The position numbers and the translations under genes were made by a program. The notes under the pieces are model-generated. The model was given only the letters and a program-made list of their open reading frames with translations, was not told the origin of the DNA and did no database searches. A DNA stretch of 64,000 nucleotides. Origin: Vicinamibacterales bacterium (GTDB lineage: Bacteria > Acidobacteriota > Vicinamibacteria > Vicinamibacterales > UBA8438). The stretch covers positions 1,508,511 through 1,572,510 of the forward strand of contig OZ253457.1 of NCBI GenBank assembly GCA_965261285.1, given 5' to 3'. The first letter of the stretch is position 1. Each line of letters opens with the position of its first letter. Below, piece by piece: positions 41,385 through 49,353 of this stretch.

Positions 41385-43889
41385 GTGTACAGGTCTTGTC
41401 TCATCGTGCGCGAGGGGGCTCGCCCCTTCCGCGTTCTGCTGCCGGCGCTGCTGGCGACGCTGGCCGCTTCCGCCGGGCCGAGCGCGCAGGAGCGCGCCAC
41501 GGTGACCGGCTCGGTGACGGACGCGCAGGGGCTGGCGCTGCCCGGCGCCACCATCGTCATTCGCACGACCGAACGCGAGTTCGTGGCGTCGACGGTCACC
41601 GATCGGATGGGCGGGTTCGAGCTCGCCGGATTGCCGGCCGGCGACTACCTGCTGGCCGCGCACCTGCTCGGGTTCACGCCGCACGAGCAGGCGGTCGCGG
41701 CCGGTGCGGGAGGCGTGGACGCCGCCGTCGTTCTGGAGGTGGGGCGGTTCGCGCAGGAGTTGACCGTCACCGCCCTCATGCCCGAGGTGATGACGGCGAC
41801 GGAGCTGGTCACGTCCGCGTCCGAGATCGAACGGCGCGTCGCCCAGGACCTCGCGCAGTCGCTCCGGAGTCATCCGGGGGTGACCGCGGTCCGCCGCGGG
41901 GCGGTCAACCTCGACCCGTCGGTCCGCGGGCTCTACGCCGAACAGATCGGCGTCTTCGTGGACGGCACCCGCACGTTCGCGGCGGGGCCCGCCCGCATGG
42001 ACTCGGCCCTGAGTCACATCAGCCCGCACGCGCTGCAGTCGCTCCGCGTGGTGCGGGGGCCGTACGCCCTGACCTGGGGCGCCGGCACCCTCAGCGCCGT
42101 TCAGGCCGAGACCTTCAAGCCCGAGTTCGGTGCGGGCGGCTTCCAGGTCGGAGGTCGCGCCGGCTACAACTACGGCAGCAACGGGAGCGCCAACGACGGC
42201 TTCGCCAGCCTCTACGGCAGCTCCGACCGGGTGCGGTTCACGTTCCAGCACAACACCCGAATGGGTAGCGACTACACCGACGGCAACGGCGACACCGTCG
42301 AGGGCGATTACGAGTCGTTCGACACGCGGTGGGACCTCGGCGCCCGCGTGGGGCGGCGGACGCTGCTCGAGTACAGCGGCGGCTTCCAGCGGCAGAACGA
42401 CCTCGACTATCCGGGGCGACTGCTCGACGCCACGTTCTTCGAGACGCAGTCGCACGCTTTCGAGGTCTCGCACGCTCCGGCCGCGGGCATCCTGACCGAG
42501 CTCGTGGGCCGCGCCTACGTGAACCGCAAAGACCACCTGATGAACAACGACAACAAGCCGACGGCGTTGCGGAACCACCATCGGACGCCGCCGTTCCCCA
42601 TTCGCGTCGACCTGCCCACCTCGGCCGACACCGTCGGGGGCCGCTTCCACGCCGCCCTCGCGACGGGGCCGCTCCGCTACAAGCTGGGGTTCGACGCCTA
42701 CCAGCTTCGGCAGAGCGCCACCCAGACCGTCAGCGACCGCGAAACCGGCGACGTCCACCACGACCGGCATCCGGTGTGGCCGGACGCGACGATGACCAAC
42801 GCCGGGGGCTACGCCCAGGTGCTGGTCGACCGGGGGCGGAGCACCGTCGGGGCCACGGTGCGGGTCGATCGGGAACAGGCCGGGGTGGGGCAGGTGACGT
42901 CCTTCTTCGCCCACAACGCGATCCCCGACTACAGCCTGCACGAGGTGCACGGCCACTTTCACTGCGTGACGGCGCAGTGCATGACCCCGACGCACGGACA
43001 GGGCATGCATGACCACGGCACGCATGACCACGGCACGCACGACGCGGGCCACGGCGCGACGATGCTCGTGTCGGGCGATCACTTCGCGCAGACCAACACC
43101 AGCGTCAGCGCCGCCGCCAACGCGAGCCTGCGGCTGACCGACAAGTGGCAGGTCACGCTCGGGATGGGCCGGGCCGTGCGCAACCCGTCGGCCCTGGAGC
43201 GCTACGCCGACCGGTTCCCGGCCGTGAAGTTCCAGACCGCGGCGGAGTTCGTCGGCAACCCCCATCTCGTCCCCGAGAAGAGCCTCGAGCTCAACGTGGG
43301 CACGACGCTGCGCGCCGCACAGGCCACCGTCGCCCTCGACGTCTTCGTGCGCAACGTCGACGACTACATCACGGTGGCCCACGACCCCAATCTCGCGCAG
43401 CGCCTCCCCCTCAGCCCCGACCAGCTCTTCCGTTACGTGCAGGCCGACGCCGCGCGCTTCGCCGGCTTCGACTTCACCGCGACCTCCGCCGTCGGGCCGT
43501 GGGTGGACGTGCGGGGCGGCTGGTCGTACGTGCGGGCCGAGGACCTGCTGTTCGACGAGCCGCTGTTCGGCGTGCCGCCGTTCGAGCAGGTGTACGCCGT
43601 CGACCTTCACAACCCGGCGAGGACCCGCTGGGTGGAGCTGCTGGTGACGAGCACGTCCGCGCAGGAGCGCGTCGCCTCGGCGCGGTTCGAGGCGCCCACC
43701 GACGGCTGGACGACGATCGACCTGATGGGCGGCGTGCGGATGCGCGAGGGGCTGACGTTGCGGGCCGGCGTGCAGAACCTGACCGACCGCTACTACGTCA
43801 ACCACCTGAACTCGTTGAACCCGTTCACGCGCCTGCGCATCGCCGAGCTCGGGCGCAGCGTCTACGTCGGCACGGAGATGGGGTTCTGA
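41385..43889 (+). CDS. TonB-dependent receptor with a His/Cys/Met-rich loop (putative copper receptor, OprC/NosA-like)
   Basis: GGAGG precedes GTG 41385, followed by a signal peptide and a CarboxypepD_reg-like 'VTGSVTDAQGLALPGATIVIRT'. Plug and barrel regions follow, with the insertion 'HEVHGHFHCVTAQCMTPTHGQGMHDHGTHDHGTHDAGHG' and a terminal 'YVGTEMGF'. copC-copD lie downstream. Confidence 0.8.
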   Translation: MYRSCLIVREGARPFRVLLPALLATLAASAGPSAQERATVTGSVTDAQGLALPGATIVIRTTEREFVASTVTDRMGGFELAGLPAGDYLLAAHLLGFTPHEQAVAAGAGGVDAAVVLEVGRFAQELTVTALMPEVMTATELVTSASEIERRVAQDLAQSLRSHPGVTAVRRGAVNLDPSVRGLYAEQIGVFVDGTRTFAAGPARMDSALSHISPHALQSLRVVRGPYALTWGAGTLSAVQAETFKPEFGAGGFQVGGRAGYNYGSNGSANDGFASLYGSSDRVRFTFQHNTRMGSDYTDGNGDTVEGDYESFDTRWDLGARVGRRTLLEYSGGFQRQNDLDYPGRLLDATFFETQSHAFEVSHAPAAGILTELVGRAYVNRKDHLMNNDNKPTALRNHHRTPPFPIRVDLPTSADTVGGRFHAALATGPLRYKLGFDAYQLRQSATQTVSDRETGDVHHDRHPVWPDATMTNAGGYAQVLVDRGRSTVGATVRVDREQAGVGQVTSFFAHNAIPDYSLHEVHGHFHCVTAQCMTPTHGQGMHDHGTHDHGTHDAGHGATMLVSGDHFAQTNTSVSAAANASLRLTDKWQVTLGMGRAVRNPSALERYADRFPAVKFQTAAEFVGNPHLVPEKSLELNVGTTLRAAQATVALDVFVRNVDDYITVAHDPNLAQRLPLSPDQLFRYVQADAARFAGFDFTATSAVGPWVDVRGGWSYVRAEDLLFDEPLFGVPPFEQVYAVDLHNPARTRWVELLVTSTSAQERVASARFEAPTDGWTTIDLMGGVRMREGLTLRAGVQNLTDRYYVNHLNSLNPFTRLRIAELGRSVYVGTEMGF

Positions 43890-43903
43890 ACCGTGCCCGG
43901 TAT

Positions 43904-43975
43904 CTCGACTCGTTCAGTCCGTTCACGCGCCTGCGCACCGCCGAGCTCGGGCGCAGCGTCCGCGGCGGAACGGAG
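43904..43975 (+). pseudogene. Orphan 3'-end stub of a TonB-receptor gene (diverged duplicate of 43806-43878)
   Basis: 'ctcgactcgttcagtccgttcacgcgcctgcgcaccgccgagctcgggcgcagcgtccgcggcggaacggag' compares with the gene end 'ctgaactcgttgaacccgttcacgcgcctgcgcatcgccgagctcgggcgcagcgtctacgtcggcacggag'. In protein terms, LDSFSPFTRLRTAELGRSV.. compares with LNSLNPFTRLRIAELGRSV... Confidence 0.6.
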
Positions 43976-44056
43976 AGGTGTTGTTCCGAGGCGTGCCCGG
44001 ATCCTCGACGATTCCGGTTTCGGAGGACACGGAGAGAGGGAAACGGAGAAGCAACG

Positions 44057-44422
44057 ATGCGCAGGATGAAGACCGTCGGTTGGTGTTTCGTGCTGGTCGT
44101 CGCGTCGGTCGCGATCGCGGCCGCCCACATGACGGTGCAGAAGACGATGCCGGAGGCCGACGCGGTGCTGTCGGAATCTCCGCAGCACATCCAGATGTGG
44201 TTCACGCAGTCGCCCGACCCGGTCATCAGCCGGCTGACCCTCGAAGGCGCGGGCGGCGCGGTTGCGCTGGGAGACACCGAGGTGGGGGACGACCGGTCCC
44301 TCTCGGCGATGCTCCCGTCGAAGCTCGGGGCCGGGGCCTACACCGTGAGGTGGCGCACGGCCGGCGACGACGGGCATACGCAGCGCGGGGAGTTCGCGTT
44401 CACCGTTCGCGCCGCGGAGTGA
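44057..44422 (+). CDS. copC: CopC-domain copper-binding periplasmic protein
   Basis: Signal peptide ending 'AAAHMTVQKTMPEADAVL' (the mature N-terminal His is typical of CopC/YobA) and 'YTVRWRTAGDDGHTQRGEFAFTV'. Confidence 0.85.
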   Translation: MRRMKTVGWCFVLVVASVAIAAAHMTVQKTMPEADAVLSESPQHIQMWFTQSPDPVISRLTLEGAGGAVALGDTEVGDDRSLSAMLPSKLGAGAYTVRWRTAGDDGHTQRGEFAFTVRAAE

Positions 44423-44609
44423 CCGGAGACGGACGCTCGACCCAGGTGCTTCCCGCCGAGTGATCCGCGCTCGGGCGGCGGCGGGACCAGCCGGAGAGCG
44501 TCGCCCGGCGCCCCCGCCGCGCCGACCGGGAGCCCGCAACGCTCGGCTGCGTGGGCGCCTCGCGACCGGGAGCGGCGGGGCGCCCCCGAGGCGGCGCCGC
44601 AGGGTTGTC

Positions 44610-45524
44610 ATGGACGGCGAATCGTTCGCGTTGCTCCTGCTCGCCGGCGCGAAGTGGGTCACGTACCTCGCGCTGATGGGGCTGACCGGCGCTGTTGCGG
44701 TCGCCCGTCTGCTCGCGCCGGCGCGCGGCGTCGTCGAGCCCCGGGGCGGCGCCATCGACCGGCGGCTCCGCCTCGGGGCCGCGGTCTCCGCGGTGGTCCT
44801 GGTTCTCGGCGCCGCCGCCCGCCTCTACGCGCAGACGTGGTCCGTGTTCGGGCTCGACGAGCCCGTCACCCTGGAACTGGTGCGCGTCATCGCCATCGAG
44901 AGCCGGTGGGCGGGCGGCTGGCAGCCGCAGGCGGGCATCGCCGTCCTGGCCGTGGTCGGCGCCGCCTGGTGGATCCGGTGGCCGGTGGGCGGCTGGTGGC
45001 TGACCGCGCTCGCCGCGGCGGGGGCGTGGACCACGCTGCCGCTGACCGGTCACGCCGCGAGCTTCGAGTCGCCCCTGCCGCATCTGGCGCAGGTCGCCCA
45101 CGGCATCGGCGCGGGCCTCTGGATCGGGGCCCTGGCGGTGGTCGTCGTTGTCGCGTCGCCCCTTCGCCGCGAGCCGGGGGGACAGGGGCGCATCGCCGAC
45201 CTCGTGCGCCGCTTCTCGCCCATGGCCCTCGCCGCGGTCTCGACGATCGCCCTCTCGGGCGTCGTCGCCAGCGCGTCCTACCTCGGCTCGGTGGGGGACC
45301 TGTGGGCCACCTCCTACGGGCGCGCCCTGCTGCTCAAGGTGGGCCTCTTCCTGGCGACCGGCGCGGTCGGGGCCTACAACTGGCGTAGGCTCACGCCGCG
45401 ACTCGAGGCCTCGGGCCCGGGCAGGCTGCTGCGCTGGGTGCGTCTGGAGCTGCTGCTGGCGACGGCCGTGCTGCTGGTCACCGCCGTCCTCGTGCATCTG
45501 GCGATGCCGCGCGAGACGATGTAG
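44610..45524 (+). CDS. copD: CopD-family integral membrane protein
   Basis: ATG 44610. There are multiple hydrophobic helices, 'PLTGHAAS' and 'AQVAHGIGAGLWIGAL' His-containing helices, and the position directly after copC. Confidence 0.8.
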   Translation: MDGESFALLLLAGAKWVTYLALMGLTGAVAVARLLAPARGVVEPRGGAIDRRLRLGAAVSAVVLVLGAAARLYAQTWSVFGLDEPVTLELVRVIAIESRWAGGWQPQAGIAVLAVVGAAWWIRWPVGGWWLTALAAAGAWTTLPLTGHAASFESPLPHLAQVAHGIGAGLWIGALAVVVVVASPLRREPGGQGRIADLVRRFSPMALAAVSTIALSGVVASASYLGSVGDLWATSYGRALLLKVGLFLATGAVGAYNWRRLTPRLEASGPGRLLRWVRLELLLATAVLLVTAVLVHLAMPRETM

Positions 45525-45558
45525 GCAAGGGCGCGCCGACCGGTTCCTTCGGAAGGCC

Positions 45559-46188
45559 TCACGAGCCGTCGGTCAGCTCCGACACGTTCAGCCCTGTCGC
45601 CTTCTTCAGGCGCTCGATCAGCTTCCGGTGAATCCTGGCGGGGTCGCCCCCGTTGGTCAGCACCGCGAACTCGGAGATGCACGTGACGTGCATGCCGCAG
45701 AGGACGAAGTCGTTCATGCCCCGGGCGCCGAGGAAGTGGGCGCCGGCGAGCAGCGAGGCGGCGTCGATGACCACCCCGTAGGCGCTCCTGCCGATCCGGT
45801 CCTTCACCTCGTCGGCGAGCATGGCCCAGTTCCGCTCCGTGAAGCGCTTCATCGCCTCGTCGTTCGCGACGGGGTGGCACCGGAACTCGTCGTCCGAGGT
45901 GATGCCCCATTCGTTCTCGGTCCAGTTCCCGGCGTCGTCCTTCAAGCCGATGTCGCGCAGGGCGGCCAGGGTCATCTGGTAGTAGCCGATGGCCGAGCTG
46001 TTCGGCGGGCTGAGGGCGCAGCCCCTCGATTCGCGCTTCTTCGCCAGATCCAGATAGTCGCGCACGCCGGCGGTGTTCGCGGCGACGAGGGCGGTGGCGC
46101 TCAGGAGCCCGGCCAGCGCGGCGGCGGCGAAGCGGCGGCGGGTCGGGACGGGGCGGAGCGGCGTGGGCGCAGATCGTGGTTGTGACAT
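45559..46188 (-). CDS. Secreted lysozyme-like / lytic-transglycosylase-like protein (tentative)
   Basis: TAT-like or signal N-terminus 'RRRFAAAALAGLL'. 'KRESRG....NSSAIGYYQMTLAAL' resembles the catalytic Glu + GxYQ pattern of SLT/goose-lysozyme folds, with a later 'LLAGAHFLGARG'. Motif-level evidence only. Confidence 0.4.
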   Translation of the reverse strand: MSQPRSAPTPLRPVPTRRRFAAAALAGLLSATALVAANTAGVRDYLDLAKKRESRGCALSPPNSSAIGYYQMTLAALRDIGLKDDAGNWTENEWGITSDDEFRCHPVANDEAMKRFTERNWAMLADEVKDRIGRSAYGVVIDAASLLAGAHFLGARGMNDFVLCGMHVTCISEFAVLTNGGDPARIHRKLIERLKKATGLNVSELTDGS

Positions 46189-46362
46189 CGGTCAGCCAGA
46201 ATGGTCCCCGCAGTCGGGACGCGGCGTCGACGTTCGGCAACGGGTACGGCGGAGGTCGATGGGGACGGTTGCGCGAATGAAGGACGTCGGAGGCTCGGGT
46301 CAGGGTACGGGCGAAGGAGCAGGGGCGTCCGGGCCCCTGCTCCCGCCGGAGTCGTGCGGCGG

Positions 46363-47895
46363 CTACTGCTGTTGCTGCGCCGGTCGCGAATACTGGTCGA
46401 TGTGCACGGGCCGCGGCCCGCCGGTCGATATGCCCTCCCTCGCCATGATCAGCTCGAGGGCGTCGATGGTGGGCCGGGACATTCTCGGCAGGCCGTTCCG
46501 GAACCCCTCGGCGATGAACAGGGGCGTGCGCCCCGCCGCGTTCGTCTGCCTCCAGACCTCGGAATCGGCGCCGCTCGCCGCCAGCAGACCCACCACCGCG
46601 GGGAAGTTGCCGTACGCCGCGCCGTGCATCGCGGTGTCGCCGTTGGCGTCCACCGCGTCGACGTCGGCCCCGAGATCGAGCAGCAGTTGGGTGGCGATCA
46701 ACGCCTCGGCCTCGCTGCCCGCTTCCTCGTCGGGGGCGTTGGTGCCGAGGCCGGCCGCCGCCATCAGCGGCGTGCTCGCCTCGGCGTTGGGCAGGAACGG
46801 ATCGGCGCCCAGCTCCAGGAGCTGCTGCATGAGGCCCGCGTCGGCCCGGTCGGCGGCCATCAGGAAGGCCGTCGCCCCTTCCATCTCGAGACCCGACGCG
46901 GTGTGCGGCGGGCGCCTGCCCTGCTCGAGGCGCAGGTTCACGTCGGCCCCCAGCGCGACGAGGGCCCGCACGAACTGCAGGCTGGTCAGGTGGCCCGCCC
47001 CCTCCGGCGCGGGGTCGCCCCGGTCGCTGGCGTCCGGCTTCCGGACCCAGCTCACGGTGTGCAGCGGGGCAAAGCCGGTCCGCTGGTCGTTGGGGTCGGC
47101 GCCGGCCTTGATCAGCTCGACCGCGAGCTCGAAGTGGCCGTTGCGCACCGCCAGCAGCAGCGGGCTCATGCCGTCGTCGACCGGCCGGTAGGTCGCGTTG
47201 TTGACGGCGCGGTCCGGCCCGTCCTTGATGCGCGTGAGCTCGGCGTTCACGTCCACGCCGGCATCGAGCAGGGCCCGGGTGGCGTCGATGTGTCCTCCCC
47301 GCACCGCGAAGAAGAGCGGGGTGAAGCCGGAGCGCAGGGAGGCGTGCACGTCGGCGCCGGCCGCGAGCAGCGTCTCCACGATCGCGGTGTGTCCCTCGGC
47401 CGCCGCCCACATCAGGGCGGTCTGGTCGCGGGCCTCGCGCGCGTTGGGGTCGGCGTCCTTCGCCAGCAGGGCCTCGACCGCGGCGAGGCTGCCGGTGCGG
47501 GCCGCGGTCATCAGCACCGTCTCGCCGCCCCGCAGTGCCGCGTCCGGATCGGCTCCGGCGTCGAGGAACAGGCCCACGAGGCCGGCGTTGCCGTTGGTGG
47601 CGGCCAGCGACAGCGGCGGCACGCCGTAGCGGTTCACGGCGTCGACGTCGGCGCCCGCCCGCACCAGCAGCCCGGCCGTCTCGAGGTCATCGTGGTACGC
47701 CGCCCAGTGGAGAGCGGTCATGCCGTCGACCTGCGCCTCGTTGACGTCGGCGCCCTCCGCGTGCAGCAGGGTGCGGACCAGCGCCGCGTTACCCTCCTCG
47801 GCCGCGTCGGCGAGCGGGGCCTCGCCGGCCGCCCACGCGGTTGCGGCCAGCCCCAGCGCCAGCACCGACAGTCGGGCGATTCGTCCTGGATGCAT
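46363..47895 (-). CDS. Secreted ankyrin-repeat protein (module copy B)
   Basis: Signal peptide 'RLSVLALGLAATAWA' and ankyrin repeats. It shares blocks with copy A ('QTALMWAAAEGH', 'LH.VSWVRK', 'TSL.FV..', 'TPLM.AAG.GT', 'MHGAAY'). Confidence 0.85.
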   Translation of the reverse strand: MHPGRIARLSVLALGLAATAWAAGEAPLADAAEEGNAALVRTLLHAEGADVNEAQVDGMTALHWAAYHDDLETAGLLVRAGADVDAVNRYGVPPLSLAATNGNAGLVGLFLDAGADPDAALRGGETVLMTAARTGSLAAVEALLAKDADPNAREARDQTALMWAAAEGHTAIVETLLAAGADVHASLRSGFTPLFFAVRGGHIDATRALLDAGVDVNAELTRIKDGPDRAVNNATYRPVDDGMSPLLLAVRNGHFELAVELIKAGADPNDQRTGFAPLHTVSWVRKPDASDRGDPAPEGAGHLTSLQFVRALVALGADVNLRLEQGRRPPHTASGLEMEGATAFLMAADRADAGLMQQLLELGADPFLPNAEASTPLMAAAGLGTNAPDEEAGSEAEALIATQLLLDLGADVDAVDANGDTAMHGAAYGNFPAVVGLLAASGADSEVWRQTNAAGRTPLFIAEGFRNGLPRMSRPTIDALELIMAREGISTGGPRPVHIDQYSRPAQQQQ

Positions 47896-48009
47896 CGATT
47901 CTCTCCTGGCCCGGCAACCGCCGCCTCGGCGCCGATCGCCGCCCGGCCAACTTGCGGGCCCGGCGCCTTCGTGAAGACGCCGGGCCCCGATTACCTATCG
48001 GCCGTTGCG

Positions 48010-49353
48010 CTACACCGCGACAGGGTCGAACAGGGTGTCGACGGTGCCGGTGCTGTCGCCGAACTGGTCGAGCCTCACGCCCACCCGGTCGAGCAGGGTG
48101 AGGTGGAGGTTGGCCAGCGGCTTGCCGGTCTCGTAGCGGATGTGGCGCCCGCCGTTCACGCCCGCCGCGGCCCCGCCGGCCACGAGGATCGGCAGGTTGA
48201 CGTGGTCGTGGAGGCTGGGGTTGCCCATGCCGCTGCCGTACATGTAGACGGTCTGATCGAGCAGCGACCCGTCGCCGTCGGGGGTCTCCTTCAGCTTCTG
48301 CAGGAACTCCGCGAACAGCGAGACGTGGAACGTGTTGATCTTGGCGATCTTCGCGAGCTTCTCGGGGTCGTTGCCGTGGTGGCTCGTCGGGTGGTGCGGA
48401 TCGGGGACCCCGATCTCCGGATAGGTGCGGTTGCTCAGCTCGCGCGTGAGCTGGAACGTGACGATGCGGGTGATGTCGCCCTGGAACGCCAGCACCTGCA
48501 GGTCGAACATCAGTCGCGCGTGGTCGGCGAACGAGTCGGGCACGCCCACCGGTCGGTCCAGATCGGGGAAGAGGTTGTCGCTGGCCGCGGCCTCGGCCCG
48601 CTGAATCTGGCGCTCGACCTCGCGGATGCTGTCGAGGTACTGCTCGACGCGGGCCCGGTCGGCCGCGCCGACGGCGCCCTTGAGCCGCGCGATGTCCTCG
48701 TTGAACGAGTCGAGCAGGCTGGCGCGGCTCTGCAGCGCCGCCTTCCGCTCCTCCGCCGTGCCGCCCTCGCCGAAGAGGCGCTCGAACACGATGCGGGGAT
48801 GGGCCTCGGCCGGCAGCGGGGTCGTCGGCGACGACCACGACAGGCAGTTCTGGTAGACGCAGGCGTAGCCGTTGTTGCAGACGCCCGCGAGCGGGTTCAG
48901 GTCCATCGACAGCTCGAGCGACGGAAGCTGCGTGTCCTGGCCGATCTGCAGGGCCGCAAGCTGGTCGGCGGTGGTGCCGAGGAAGTAGTCGGAGCTCTCG
49001 GTGTGCTTGGCGTAGGCGGCGCTGAGGAACCCGGAGTTCGACGTGTCGTGCGTGCCCGGGTAGGAGAGCTGCAGCTCGGTGTTGGTCACCACCGTGAGCT
49101 GCTCCTTGACCGGCTCGAGGGGGCTGAGGATCGGCGTGAGCTGCCCCAGCTCGTCCCGGTCGGCGGGCGTCCACCGCTGGTGGTCGCACCCCATCGGAAT
49201 GAACACGTACCCGAGCCGGCGGATCGGCTTGGCCGGCGTGCGGGCGAGGGCGGTCGCCGCGGGGATCATCGCATCGAGGAGGGGCAGGGCCAGCGTGGCC
49301 TGGACGCCCTTCAGGAACGTACGCCGCGGTAACGCCTTCTTCGTGATGATCAT
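48010..49353 (-). CDS. DUF1552-domain protein with a TAT-type signal (module copy B)
   Basis: 'MIITKKALPRRTFLKGVQATLALPLLDAM' and 'GVPDPHHPTSHH'. The ATG overlaps the upstream stop (ATGA at 49350-49353). Confidence 0.85.
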   Translation of the reverse strand: MIITKKALPRRTFLKGVQATLALPLLDAMIPAATALARTPAKPIRRLGYVFIPMGCDHQRWTPADRDELGQLTPILSPLEPVKEQLTVVTNTELQLSYPGTHDTSNSGFLSAAYAKHTESSDYFLGTTADQLAALQIGQDTQLPSLELSMDLNPLAGVCNNGYACVYQNCLSWSSPTTPLPAEAHPRIVFERLFGEGGTAEERKAALQSRASLLDSFNEDIARLKGAVGAADRARVEQYLDSIREVERQIQRAEAAASDNLFPDLDRPVGVPDSFADHARLMFDLQVLAFQGDITRIVTFQLTRELSNRTYPEIGVPDPHHPTSHHGNDPEKLAKIAKINTFHVSLFAEFLQKLKETPDGDGSLLDQTVYMYGSGMGNPSLHDHVNLPILVAGGAAAGVNGGRHIRYETGKPLANLHLTLLDRVGVRLDQFGDSTGTVDTLFDPVAV

